Source: Elusimicrobia bacterium CG1_02_56_21 (GTDB lineage: Bacteria > Elusimicrobiota > Elusimicrobia > Elusimicrobiales > UBA9959). Taken from it: a stretch of DNA of 64,000 nucleotides. Below the pieces are notes generated by a model. The model searched no databases. It had not been told where the DNA came from and was given only the letters and a program-made list of their open reading frames with translations. The stretch is taken from assembly GCA_001871115.1 (NCBI GenBank), contig MNUR01000126.1, forward strand, positions 10,057-74,056. The letters run 5' to 3'. Both the position numbers and the translations under genes were made by a program. Every line of letters starts with the position of its first letter. Position 1 is the first letter of the stretch. Shown here in pieces: positions 37,055-45,070 of this stretch.

Positions 37055-38224
37055 ATGTTTAAAAAAATCACTCTCGCGCTTTTTCCCGTTTTAGCCCTCA
37101 GCGCCGCGTCTTTCTCGCAGACTTTCTCCCTTAATTCCTCTTCAGCCGGAGATATTTCCGACTTGAAAACCGTCGGGCCTTCCCGGCCTGCGCCGGTCCT
37201 CCCTCCGGGCATTACCATAGCCAGCTATACTACGGACGAAGAATTCACTTTCGAGAGCCAGGTTAAACCGGCTATGGACGCGCGGATAAACGCCCTCAAA
37301 GCCGCAGGCATAACCACCCTGGGCGGCCGCATAGTCGAGCTTGGCAACGACTATTCTTTTGTTATCGATTATTTGCCTACCGTAAAGAACGGCGCGGCCC
37401 TGCCCCCTGCCGTGCTGATAGAGACCTATAAGAACGGCGCGGGGTATTGGCTTAAATCCGAGGCGGAAGAGGCAAGGAAGACCTGCGCCGCTAATTTCCG
37501 CGCGGCCGGGCTGCCCGTGCTGAGCTCCTATCTTTATGAGGCCGGAGGCGACAACGCTTTTGCCGTTGATTACCTGGTAAAGAACTCCCTGCGCCCTACC
37601 CGGGACTATGATGTGAAATTCGGGAACTACACCGCCGGTAAATACACTTTTGAAAGCGAGGCCGTTAAAAATATACCCGCCTATCTGGCTATGTTCAGGC
37701 AGGCCGGGGTCCCGGCTATGCGCGGCAAGGCCGTCAGCCGCTCCGACGGCGACTACGCCGTGACGGTAGAGTACGTGGTTAAAACAAACAGGTTCGGGCC
37801 CCGTCCCCGGTATTCTGTCTCCCGCTATGATTCCCGCGAGGTCTTTACTTTTGATAAAGAAGCGCTGAAAGCCTCAAAAGCCGCCCTGCCTTCTTTCTCA
37901 AAAGCCGGGGTATCCCCGCTGTCGGCAATAGTCAGGCCGGAAGGGCGCGATTATTCTTTCAGTGTGGATTTTCTTGTAGGTAATATTTACCAGCAGGGCG
38001 GGGTAATCCCCTCCGCCGCTATTGATACCTACCAGGCCCAGGAGACTTTTACTTTTGATACCGAGGCAAAGAAAGCCAGGGACGAGAAAGCCGCTGCTTT
38101 TGAAGCCGCCGGGCTTGGCGTGGTCGGCTCGGCTGTAACCGGCAGCCTGGGCAGCTTCACTTATATTATTGATTATGTGACCAGGGCCGGGCAGGGCGGC
38201 CACCAGCCTCGCCAGCCGCGCTGA
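37055..38224 (+). CDS. secreted protein made of five tandem repeats of about 55 aa (unknown function)
   Basis: ORF 36842..38224, trimmed to the ATG at 37055, which follows AAGGAG. Signal peptide MFKKITLALFPVLALSAASFS. Five units share Y..[FY]TF[DE][ST]E...AG[VIL]...[DG][YF][SA][FV].[VI][DE][YF][LV]. Confidence 0.65.
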   Translation: MFKKITLALFPVLALSAASFSQTFSLNSSSAGDISDLKTVGPSRPAPVLPPGITIASYTTDEEFTFESQVKPAMDARINALKAAGITTLGGRIVELGNDYSFVIDYLPTVKNGAALPPAVLIETYKNGAGYWLKSEAEEARKTCAANFRAAGLPVLSSYLYEAGGDNAFAVDYLVKNSLRPTRDYDVKFGNYTAGKYTFESEAVKNIPAYLAMFRQAGVPAMRGKAVSRSDGDYAVTVEYVVKTNRFGPRPRYSVSRYDSREVFTFDKEALKASKAALPSFSKAGVSPLSAIVRPEGRDYSFSVDFLVGNIYQQGGVIPSAAIDTYQAQETFTFDTEAKKARDEKAAAFEAAGLGVVGSAVTGSLGSFTYIIDYVTRAGQGGHQPRQPR

Positions 38225-38246
38225 AGCCCGGCAGCTATTCAGGAAT

Positions 38247-38276
38247 GTCCCGGGCCCAAGGCCCGGGACTTTGTTT
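38247..38276 (+). terminator. rho-independent terminator after the repeat-protein gene
   Basis: 9-bp GC-rich stem GTCCCGGGC/GCCCGGGAC with a 5-nt loop, followed by TTTGTTT. Confidence 0.7.
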
Positions 38277-39014
38277 ATGGAAGATAAAAATCCCTTTGAA
38301 GGCGTAAAAACCTGCGGCAATTACACCCGCCTCTGGCAGCTCACCGGGTTTGTGCTTTTTCTGCAGGTGATAGTTTCTGTTATTGTCGCGGAATATGAGC
38401 GCAGGCATGGTCTTAACTTCAGCACCTTCGAGGCTATTGTTCCGGCCCTGCTTGCAACCGGGCTGGTTTCATGGTTAATGCTCAGGGGTCTTGGCGTTTC
38501 CTGGCGCGCGGCCCGGGACGACTGGAGCCAGAACGCTCTCGGCGATATTAAAAAATCATTTAAGTATTTCGGCGGTTATGTCCTGGTCATGCTTATTCTG
38601 TTCGCCGGCCTCCTGGCAGCCTACTGGTACTGGGGCGACTGGCTGCAAAAAATAACGCAGCCGCAGGCAGACAAAAATACAAATGAAAATGCCCTGCTGC
38701 AGGCGGCAGCCGCGGTTTCCCAGTGGCGGCTGGTCCTGGTCCTGTTCAGCGCCTGCGTAGTGGCTCCAATAGTGGAGGAAGTTTTTTTCCGGCGGATAGT
38801 TTATACCGCTATAAGGCTTAAAAATAAATTCTGGTTCAGCGCTTTCTGGTCCGGCCTGTTGTTCGCCGTTTTTCACGGAGCGGCGGCCCCTTTTATACTG
38901 CCCGTAGGCATGTATTTCTGCTGGGTCTATGAGCGCGAGCGGCGCCTGCCCGTGAATATCCTGCTCCATTCCCTGGTTAACCTCACTATGGTAACGCTTA
39001 AGGTGCTTACCTGA
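38277..39014 (+). CDS. CPBP family intramembrane glutamic endopeptidase (CAAX protease-like)
   Basis: EEVFFRR, FAVFH and HSLVN motifs. ATG at 38277 is preferred over the in-frame TTG at 38271. Confidence 0.75.
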   Translation: MEDKNPFEGVKTCGNYTRLWQLTGFVLFLQVIVSVIVAEYERRHGLNFSTFEAIVPALLATGLVSWLMLRGLGVSWRAARDDWSQNALGDIKKSFKYFGGYVLVMLILFAGLLAAYWYWGDWLQKITQPQADKNTNENALLQAAAAVSQWRLVLVLFSACVVAPIVEEVFFRRIVYTAIRLKNKFWFSAFWSGLLFAVFHGAAAPFILPVGMYFCWVYERERRLPVNILLHSLVNLTMVTLKVLT

Positions 39015-39022
39015 ACCGGAAT

Positions 39023-39031
39023 TGCTAGAAT
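39023..39031 (+). promoter_or_regulatory. candidate extended -10 element (TGCTAGAAT) immediately upstream of mutL
   Basis: TGCTAGAAT at 39023-39031. The ATG at 39038 begins 6 nt after the hexamer, implying a leaderless or near-leaderless mRNA if the element is used. Confidence 0.35.
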
Positions 39032-39037
39032 TTGCCT

Positions 39038-40795
39038 ATGCCGGAAATTAAAGTCCTTACGGAAGAAGTAGTTTCAAAAATCGCCGCCGGCGAGGTCATA
39101 GAGCGCCCCGCCTCGGTACTCAAAGAGCTTATAGAGAATTCCCTGGACGCCGGCGCCTCCAAAATAGAGATAGAGATCAGGAAAGCCGGCCGCGGCCTCA
39201 TCCGGGTTTATGACGACGGGCGCGGCATGGACAGCGAGGATTTGCGTCTTTCCCTGGGCCGCCACGCTACCAGCAAACTCAATACTTTCGAGGATATTTA
39301 CTCCCTGGCCACCTTCGGTTTCAGGGGCGAGGCCCTTTATTCGGTTTTCGCCGTAGCGCGGCTTAAAATGACTTCTTTCCGCGCCGGCGCGGCTTCCGGT
39401 TTCTCTATAGAAGGCGAAGGCGGCCGGGTAATAGCCGAGACTCCCGCTCCGCCGGTAAAAGGTACCACCATAGAAGTGGCGGACCTTTTTTTTAATACCC
39501 CCGCCCGCGCAAAATTCATGAAGGGCGACGCCGCCGAGCGCTCCCACCTTATAAAGGCGGTGGAGGAGGCGGCTTTGGCCAACCTCGGAGTCTTTTTCAG
39601 ACTGGTGATAGACGGTGCCGAGATCCTGTCTTTGCCCGCGCTCCCCGGCGGCTTATGGGAGAACCTCAAGAACCGCGCCGCTGAAATATTCGGCAGGAAT
39701 GTTTACAAAGGCCTGGCCAGGGTTGAGGGTAAAACTCCGGGGATGGCCGTTTACGGCCTTGTTTCAAGGCCGGACGCCCTGGCCGCCACCCGCGCCAACC
39801 AGCATTTCTTCGTTAACCGCCGGCCTGTAAACTCTGCCCTGCTCCGGCAGGCTTTCTACCGCGGCTACGGCCATATGCTCACGGGCCGCCACCCCTCCGG
39901 CGCGCTGTTCATAGAGCTGGATCCGGGCTCTTTTGACGCCAATATCCATCCCCAGAAGCGCGATGTTAAGTTCTCTTCGGAGAACGAGATCTTTAAGACC
40001 ATTTCAAACACTATTTACGAAGAAGTTCTTTTAAAGCAGACCGCCGAGGTAAATATGACCGCCCCGGCCGGGGAAAACAAGTTCGCCTCTCCCGATGTTC
40101 CGTCCTACCGGGAGCAGAATGTCCCGCCGCCTCCCGTTGCGGAGACCGGCGGCCTTTTTGAACACGCAGCCCAGCAACAGCCCGGTCCAGCCGCTCCGGA
40201 CTGGCGCGGCCAGAGCCTGGTTTACCTGGGGCAGCTCGCCAAGAGTTATCTTCTTTTTGAAAGCGCGGCCGGCCTCCTGGTGGTGGACCAGCATGCGGCC
40301 CAGGAGAGGGTTCTTTTTGAGAAGTACCTTGAGGAATTTTCAAAAGGCGGGATCAAAGTGCAGCCGCTGCTGGTTCCTCTTGAAGCGGAGCTTTCCCGTT
40401 CGCAGATGGAGACGGTCCTTAAATGGAAAGACTGGCTTAATTCGGCCGGTTTTGAAATGGAGCAGCGCGGGCCCTCGGTCGCCCTGCTGCGCGCGGCTCC
40501 CTCCCTGTTCTATTTTACACAGCCGGCTTTTGCCGAATTTCTGGGTTACCTTTCCGAAGTGCTGGGCGAGCCGGAGAAGGCCGCCGAGGACATCAAGCGC
40601 AACATCATAGCCACCATGGCCTGCAAGAAGTCTATAAAGGCCCATGATTTCGTAAAGCCGCAGGAATCTATGCGGCTCATGGAAGATTTGCGCAAGACCA
40701 GGGACAGCTATCACTGCCCGCACGGCCGGCCCACCCTGTTCTACCTTTCGGGTTCCGATATCGCACGACGTTTCCAGCGCTCAGGCGCGCTTTAG
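39038..40795 (+). CDS. mutL: DNA mismatch repair protein MutL
   Basis: AAGEVIERPASVLKELIENSLDAGA, DDGRGM and GFRGEAL (GHKL ATPase), with C-terminal CPHGRP. ATG at 39038 is preferred over the TTG at 39032. Confidence 0.9.
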   Translation: MPEIKVLTEEVVSKIAAGEVIERPASVLKELIENSLDAGASKIEIEIRKAGRGLIRVYDDGRGMDSEDLRLSLGRHATSKLNTFEDIYSLATFGFRGEALYSVFAVARLKMTSFRAGAASGFSIEGEGGRVIAETPAPPVKGTTIEVADLFFNTPARAKFMKGDAAERSHLIKAVEEAALANLGVFFRLVIDGAEILSLPALPGGLWENLKNRAAEIFGRNVYKGLARVEGKTPGMAVYGLVSRPDALAATRANQHFFVNRRPVNSALLRQAFYRGYGHMLTGRHPSGALFIELDPGSFDANIHPQKRDVKFSSENEIFKTISNTIYEEVLLKQTAEVNMTAPAGENKFASPDVPSYREQNVPPPPVAETGGLFEHAAQQQPGPAAPDWRGQSLVYLGQLAKSYLLFESAAGLLVVDQHAAQERVLFEKYLEEFSKGGIKVQPLLVPLEAELSRSQMETVLKWKDWLNSAGFEMEQRGPSVALLRAAPSLFYFTQPAFAEFLGYLSEVLGEPEKAAEDIKRNIIATMACKKSIKAHDFVKPQESMRLMEDLRKTRDSYHCPHGRPTLFYLSGSDIARRFQRSGAL

Positions 40796-40816
40796 GGAAA
40801 CCCCAGGAGAAAATAC

Positions 40817-41557
40817 ATGGAATGGATTACGAATCCCCAGATCTGGATAGCGCTGCTCACTCTTACGGTGCTGGAGATAGTGCTGGGCGTCGATAATATA
40901 ATTTTTATCTCGATACTCGCCGGCAAGCTGCCCGAATCCAGCCGCGACCGCGCGCGCCGCGTCGGCCTGCTGCTGGCCATGCTTATGCGCATAGCCCTGC
41001 TGTTGTCCCTGGCCTGGGTCATGCGGCTTACTTCCCCGCTGGTCCAGCCTTTCGGCCACCCTGTCAGCGGCCGCGACCTCATCCTGCTGATGGGCGGGAT
41101 GTTCCTTATCGGCAAGAGCACTTTTGAAATTCACGAAAAACTCGAGGGGACAGAGTGCCACAGTTCGGCCGCGGCGCCGGCCACTTTCCGGGGAGTGATA
41201 GTGCAGATCATGCTGCTCGATATTATTTTCTCCCTGGATTCCGTGATCACGGCGGTCGGCATGGCCGGGCACGTTTCCGTAATGATAGCGGCAGTGGTAA
41301 TATCGGTGATGTTCATGATGTGGTGGTCCCGCGCTATCGGAGAGTTCGTGGAGCGGCACCCGACCGTAAAGATGCTCGCCCTCAGCTTCCTTATCCTTAT
41401 CGGGGTTAATCTGGTGGCGGACGGGCTGGGGCACCATATTCCGAAGGGGTACACTTATTTCGCAATGGCCTTTGCGGTAATGGTGGAGATGATAAACCTT
41501 AAACTCCGGTCGCGCGCTCAAAAGCCGGTGCATCTTAGGGACGCGTATATAAACTAG
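40817..41557 (+). CDS. TerC-family integral membrane protein
   Basis: LEIVLGVDNIIFISI and the second repeat LLDIIFSLDSVITAVG are typical of TerC/YjbE-type proteins. Confidence 0.8.
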   Translation: MEWITNPQIWIALLTLTVLEIVLGVDNIIFISILAGKLPESSRDRARRVGLLLAMLMRIALLLSLAWVMRLTSPLVQPFGHPVSGRDLILLMGGMFLIGKSTFEIHEKLEGTECHSSAAAPATFRGVIVQIMLLDIIFSLDSVITAVGMAGHVSVMIAAVVISVMFMMWWSRAIGEFVERHPTVKMLALSFLILIGVNLVADGLGHHIPKGYTYFAMAFAVMVEMINLKLRSRAQKPVHLRDAYIN

Positions 41558-41718
41558 GAGCCTGTCCGACATAAGCAATTTCGGCTGCAATTGCCGCTTT
41601 CGGCCTGCGCTTTCGCGCCGCTCAATTACACCTCCTTCGAGGGCGCTCGTTTCGCTTCGCTTCGGCTAGGCACAAAATCGTAAATTTAGCCATGAAAGCC
41701 TTATGCCGGACAGGCTCC
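41557..41718 (+). mobile_element. MITE-like element, copy A (162 bp, 19-bp terminal inverted repeats)
   Basis: Left end GGAGCCTGTCCGACATAAG (41557-41575). Right end CTTATGCCGGACAGGCTCC (41700-41718). A second copy lies at 54387..54550 in inverted orientation. No plausible internal gene. Confidence 0.6.
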
Positions 41719-41742
41719 TGGCTTTGCGCGCTGGCGGCCGGC

Positions 41743-42081
41743 TTAGGGCTTTCTCGCGTAATGAGGCATATCAGGCGGGATCTCGAAGGACAGTTCAACC
41801 AGCCCCGCCGGTTTCCCGTCTTTCAGCCAGGGGGTCTGATAAATAAGTTTCTTTACTCCGTTCTTTTCTATGGTGTAGGCGTTGCTGAAATTCCCGGCCA
41901 GCATTCTTTTTATCAGGTCCCTGGACGGTTCGGAATGGCAATCCAGCAGGCTGCGGCCTATAAGGCTCTTGCCGCCGCTCTTGCCGAACACTGCGGCTGA
42001 TTTAGCGTTCATCTCCGTCACTATGCCTTCAGCGTCGCAGACCGTCACGGCGAAGTTAACCCCGTCTTTCCAGTTTTCCAT
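41743..42081 (-). CDS. stand-alone PAS-domain protein
   Basis: 112 aa. FAVTVCDAEGIVTEMNAKSAAVFG...GRSLLDCH is a PAS-fold-like N-terminal pattern. Confidence 0.6.
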   Translation of the reverse strand: MENWKDGVNFAVTVCDAEGIVTEMNAKSAAVFGKSGGKSLIGRSLLDCHSEPSRDLIKRMLAGNFSNAYTIEKNGVKKLIYQTPWLKDGKPAGLVELSFEIPPDMPHYARKP

Positions 42082-42161
42082 ATTTTTGTCCGGTTTCCGC
42101 CCCCGTTTATTATTCCCCGCGCGCTACTCTTAAACTCTTCCTTATATTATAAAATATTGTC

Positions 42162-42710
42162 ATGCCCCAATCGCGTTTTCTTGAACTGGCCGCGGCGCGG
42201 CGCAGCATCCGCAAATTCAAGAGTGCCCGCGTGGAGAGAGAGAAGCTTGACCTCTGCCTCGAGGCGGCACGCCTGGCTCCCTCCGCCTGCAATGCCCAGC
42301 CTTTCAGGTTCATAGTTCTCGACGAGCCGGCCGTGAAGGAGAAATTCTGCGCGGCTGCTTTCAGGGGGGCTTACGCCGTCACTAAATTCGCGGCCGCCGC
42401 GCCCGTTATCGTGGCTGTGGTTTCCGATACCGGCAAGCTCAGCGCCTGGTTCGGCAACCAGGTGCAGGACACCAATTTCCGCCTTATGGATATAGGCATA
42501 GCCGCAGAGCATTTTGTGCTGGCAGCTGCCGAGCAGGGGCTGGGAACCTGCTGGCTGGGCTGGTTCAGCGCCAGGGGCGCCGCAAAAACGCTGGGGCTCG
42601 GGACCGGAAAGAAAACCGAGGTTTTGCTTGCCGTAGGCTATCCCGATGAAAACCCCGCGCCCCGTACGCGCAAAAAAATTAAAGAATTTGCTTCTTACAA
42701 TAAACTATGA
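42162..42710 (+). CDS. nitroreductase family protein
   Basis: RRSIRKF motif, SACNAQPFRF and GTCWLGWF. 182 aa. Confidence 0.8.
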   Translation: MPQSRFLELAAARRSIRKFKSARVEREKLDLCLEAARLAPSACNAQPFRFIVLDEPAVKEKFCAAAFRGAYAVTKFAAAAPVIVAVVSDTGKLSAWFGNQVQDTNFRLMDIGIAAEHFVLAAAEQGLGTCWLGWFSARGAAKTLGLGTGKKTEVLLAVGYPDENPAPRTRKKIKEFASYNKL

Positions 42711-43126
42711 AAACAATGAAAACCCGCCCGCCTAAAAGATCTCTCCGCGCGCTCTTGTGTTTAATCCTGGTCCTGTGCTCCGCAGCGGTTCTCCACGCGG
42801 AAGACTGCGCCCCCGACGCGGACGCCTGCTCGGCCAAAACAAGCAGGCAATCGCCGTTTCTTCAGGCCTCGGCCGTGGAAAACGCCAAAACCCCGGCCGC
42901 TGAAAAAGTAAGCCGCGCCCCGGTTAAAACCGGGCCTGTAGCTCCGGCTGTAGTTCCGGCAGTCGCTCCGGCTGTTGCTGTTTCCCCGGCTCCCCCGGAA
43001 GTTTCGTCGGCGCCGCCGGCTGCCGGGGGGCTAGCCAGCCCGGCCTGGCTTCTCCCTATAGCCGGAGGGCTGGCCGGTCTCTATTTTTATCTTCGGGGCG
43101 GGAATAAGAAGAGAAGGCGGAGATGA
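42707..43126 (+). CDS. secreted Pro/Ala-rich protein with C-terminal TM helix and poly-basic tail
   Basis: Signal peptide, PVAPAVVPAVAPAVAVSPAPP low-complexity region, and C-terminal AWLLPIAGGLAGLYFYL followed by RGGNKKRRRR. ATGA overlap with the nitroreductase gene. Confidence 0.5.
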   Translation: MKTMKTRPPKRSLRALLCLILVLCSAAVLHAEDCAPDADACSAKTSRQSPFLQASAVENAKTPAAEKVSRAPVKTGPVAPAVVPAVAPAVAVSPAPPEVSSAPPAAGGLASPAWLLPIAGGLAGLYFYLRGGNKKRRRR

Positions 43127-43773
43127 TCATAGATTACGCCGGATTTACCAGGGCTTCCAATCTGGTCCACCTGCTGCAGGGCAGCGCGCTGCTGCTGCTC
43201 GGCTCGGCAGAGGCTTACTCGCTCAAAAATAACGGGAAAAAATATATGCTCGCCGTTTCGCTGCTGGTCGCTGTTCTCGGGGCGGCCATGTTCGTAGCCG
43301 TTCTCGCTCTTCCGGGCGGCTGGGATTTCTCCCGGCTCGCGCAGGCCCTCCAGGCGCGCCGCGGTTTTTACCTGTTCATTTCTTTTGCCTGTCTCTACGG
43401 CGCTGCCGGTCTCAGCAGGTTTATGCACGAGCTCTCGGACCGCGGCGGCTCCGGGTGGATGGCGCTGTTTTTGGCCCTGCTCGCTTCTAGCGGAGCCCTT
43501 TATTTTTTAATGGCCTGGCGCGTTAACGAAGAAGCCTGGCGGCAGGTTCTGGCCTGGCATTCCGCTATCGGTCTTACCCTGCTGCTGGCCGTGGCCGCCA
43601 AATCAGCCGAACTTTTTCTTAAGCGCAGAGCGCTGCAGGCCGCCTGGGCGGCGCTGCTGATATTTGCCGGGCTGCAGCTGGCGGCTTATAAAGAGGCGCC
43701 GGGGTCTTTCGCTCCCAGGCTCGTCACCATCGAGAGTTCTCCCGCGGCCACCCCGGCCCGGTCCAAGCCTTAA
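43123..43773 (+). CDS. polytopic membrane protein (unknown function)
   Basis: 216 aa with about 6 hydrophobic helices. ATGA overlap upstream and a 1-nt gap to pyrC. Confidence 0.5.
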   Translation: MIIDYAGFTRASNLVHLLQGSALLLLGSAEAYSLKNNGKKYMLAVSLLVAVLGAAMFVAVLALPGGWDFSRLAQALQARRGFYLFISFACLYGAAGLSRFMHELSDRGGSGWMALFLALLASSGALYFLMAWRVNEEAWRQVLAWHSAIGLTLLLAVAAKSAELFLKRRALQAAWAALLIFAGLQLAAYKEAPGSFAPRLVTIESSPAATPARSKP

Positions 43774-43774
43774 A

Positions 43775-45043
43775 ATGCAAAGCCTGCTTATAAAAAACGG
43801 TCTTGTTATAGACCCGGTATCCGGAGAAGCGCTCCGCGATATTCTTATAGAGCGGGGCAGGATAAGCCGGGTCTCTCCGCGCATCAGACCGCTTTCAGGC
43901 AGCCCGGTCTTTGACGCCTCCGGCTTGTGGGTCTTCCCCGGTTTTATAGACGTTCACGTGCACGCCAGGGAGCCCGGAGCCGAACGGTCGGAAACCCTTG
44001 AAACAGCGGCGCAAGCCGCCGCGGCCGGCGGGATAACGGCTTCTTTGCTGATGCCTAATACCTCGCCCGCGCTGGCGACTGCGGCGCTTATCAAAAAATA
44101 CCGGCGCCTCGCTTCGGGCCTGCCGACCCGGCTTTATTTTTCCGCCGCCGCTACAGCGTGGCGCTCGGGGCAGAAGATCTCGGACCTTTCCGCCCTGAAA
44201 AAGGCCGGGGCCCTGGCTTTTACTGACGACGGCTCCTGCCTGCCGCGCGGCTTTCTCTCCGGGCTTATAAAGAAAGCCTGCGCTCTGGGTCTGCCGCTGC
44301 TTGACCATCCGGAAGATTTCTCCAGAACGGGGAGAGGCGTAGTAAATTCAGGGCCCGCCGCGCTCAGGCTCGGTCTGCCCGGCATCCCGCAGGAGGCCGA
44401 ACTGCTCGCAGTTATAGGTGATATTCTCGCCGCTGCCTCGGCCGGGCCGATACATTTGCAGCACTTGAGCCTGGCTTCTTCCGTGGCCGCGCTGGCCGCC
44501 GCGAAAAAAATTGGCTGGCCCGTAACCGGAGAAACCTGTCCGCATTATTTCACTCTCTCCGATTCCTCCATAAGGACCGACGACGCAAATTTTAAAATGA
44601 AACCCCCCCTGCGTTCTCGGGCAGACAAGCTGGCCGTGCTGGACGCCCTGGCGGACGGGACTATAGATATCATAGCCAGCGACCATGCCCCGCACGAGGC
44701 CCGCCTTAAGGCTAAGGGCTTTGCGGGCGCGCCTTTCGGGATAACAGGGCTTGAGACTTTAGCCCCTCTCTGCGTGACGGAGCTTGTTCTTAAAAACCGG
44801 ATAACAAAGAAACGCCTTGCGGAACTGGCGAGTTATAATCCCGCGCGCCTGCTCGGTCTTGAAGGGGGCCGCCTGCTGCCCGGCCGGCAGGCCGACCTTA
44901 CTATTCTCGACCCGCAGCGCAGCCGGCGCGTGACGGAGAAGTTCGCGTCTAAATCCGCCAATTCCCCTTTTATCGGCAGGGCCCTCAAAGGCTGGCCGGC
45001 CGCGACCATCGTGGACGGAAAGATGGTTTTCCTCGCGTCGTGA
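43775..45043 (+). CDS. pyrC: dihydroorotase
   Basis: ORF 43664..45043, trimmed to the ATG at 43775 (MQSLLIKNGLVIDP). DVHVHAREPG and DHAPH metal-binding motifs. Confidence 0.85.
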   Translation: MQSLLIKNGLVIDPVSGEALRDILIERGRISRVSPRIRPLSGSPVFDASGLWVFPGFIDVHVHAREPGAERSETLETAAQAAAAGGITASLLMPNTSPALATAALIKKYRRLASGLPTRLYFSAAATAWRSGQKISDLSALKKAGALAFTDDGSCLPRGFLSGLIKKACALGLPLLDHPEDFSRTGRGVVNSGPAALRLGLPGIPQEAELLAVIGDILAAASAGPIHLQHLSLASSVAALAAAKKIGWPVTGETCPHYFTLSDSSIRTDDANFKMKPPLRSRADKLAVLDALADGTIDIIASDHAPHEARLKAKGFAGAPFGITGLETLAPLCVTELVLKNRITKKRLAELASYNPARLLGLEGGRLLPGRQADLTILDPQRSRRVTEKFASKSANSPFIGRALKGWPAATIVDGKMVFLAS

Positions 45044-45049
45044 TCCATT

Positions 45050-45058
45050 TGCTAGAAT
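45050..45058 (+). promoter_or_regulatory. candidate extended -10 element (TGCTAGAAT) upstream of pyrD
   Basis: TGCTAGAAT at 45050-45058, 12 nt before the ATG at 45071. It shares the 11-mer TTGCTAGAATT with the mutL site. Confidence 0.35.
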
Positions 45059-45070
45059 TATAACTCAACT

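Noticed and set aside
40796-40816. Possibility of a yybP-ykoY (Mn) riboswitch in front of the TerC-family gene
   Set aside because: Only 21 nt separate the mutL stop from the TerC start, which is far too short for that roughly 100-nt or longer element.
41692-42000. 102-aa plus-strand ORF starting inside the MITE-like element and running antisense through the PAS gene
   Set aside because: It starts within the terminal repeat of the element, has no RBS or recognisable domain, and the opposite strand carries a coherent PAS-like protein.
43664-43774. 37-codon extension of pyrC overlapping the end of the preceding membrane-protein gene
   Set aside because: It is out of frame with, and overlaps, the upstream gene. 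Dihydroorotases start near MQSLLIKNG...
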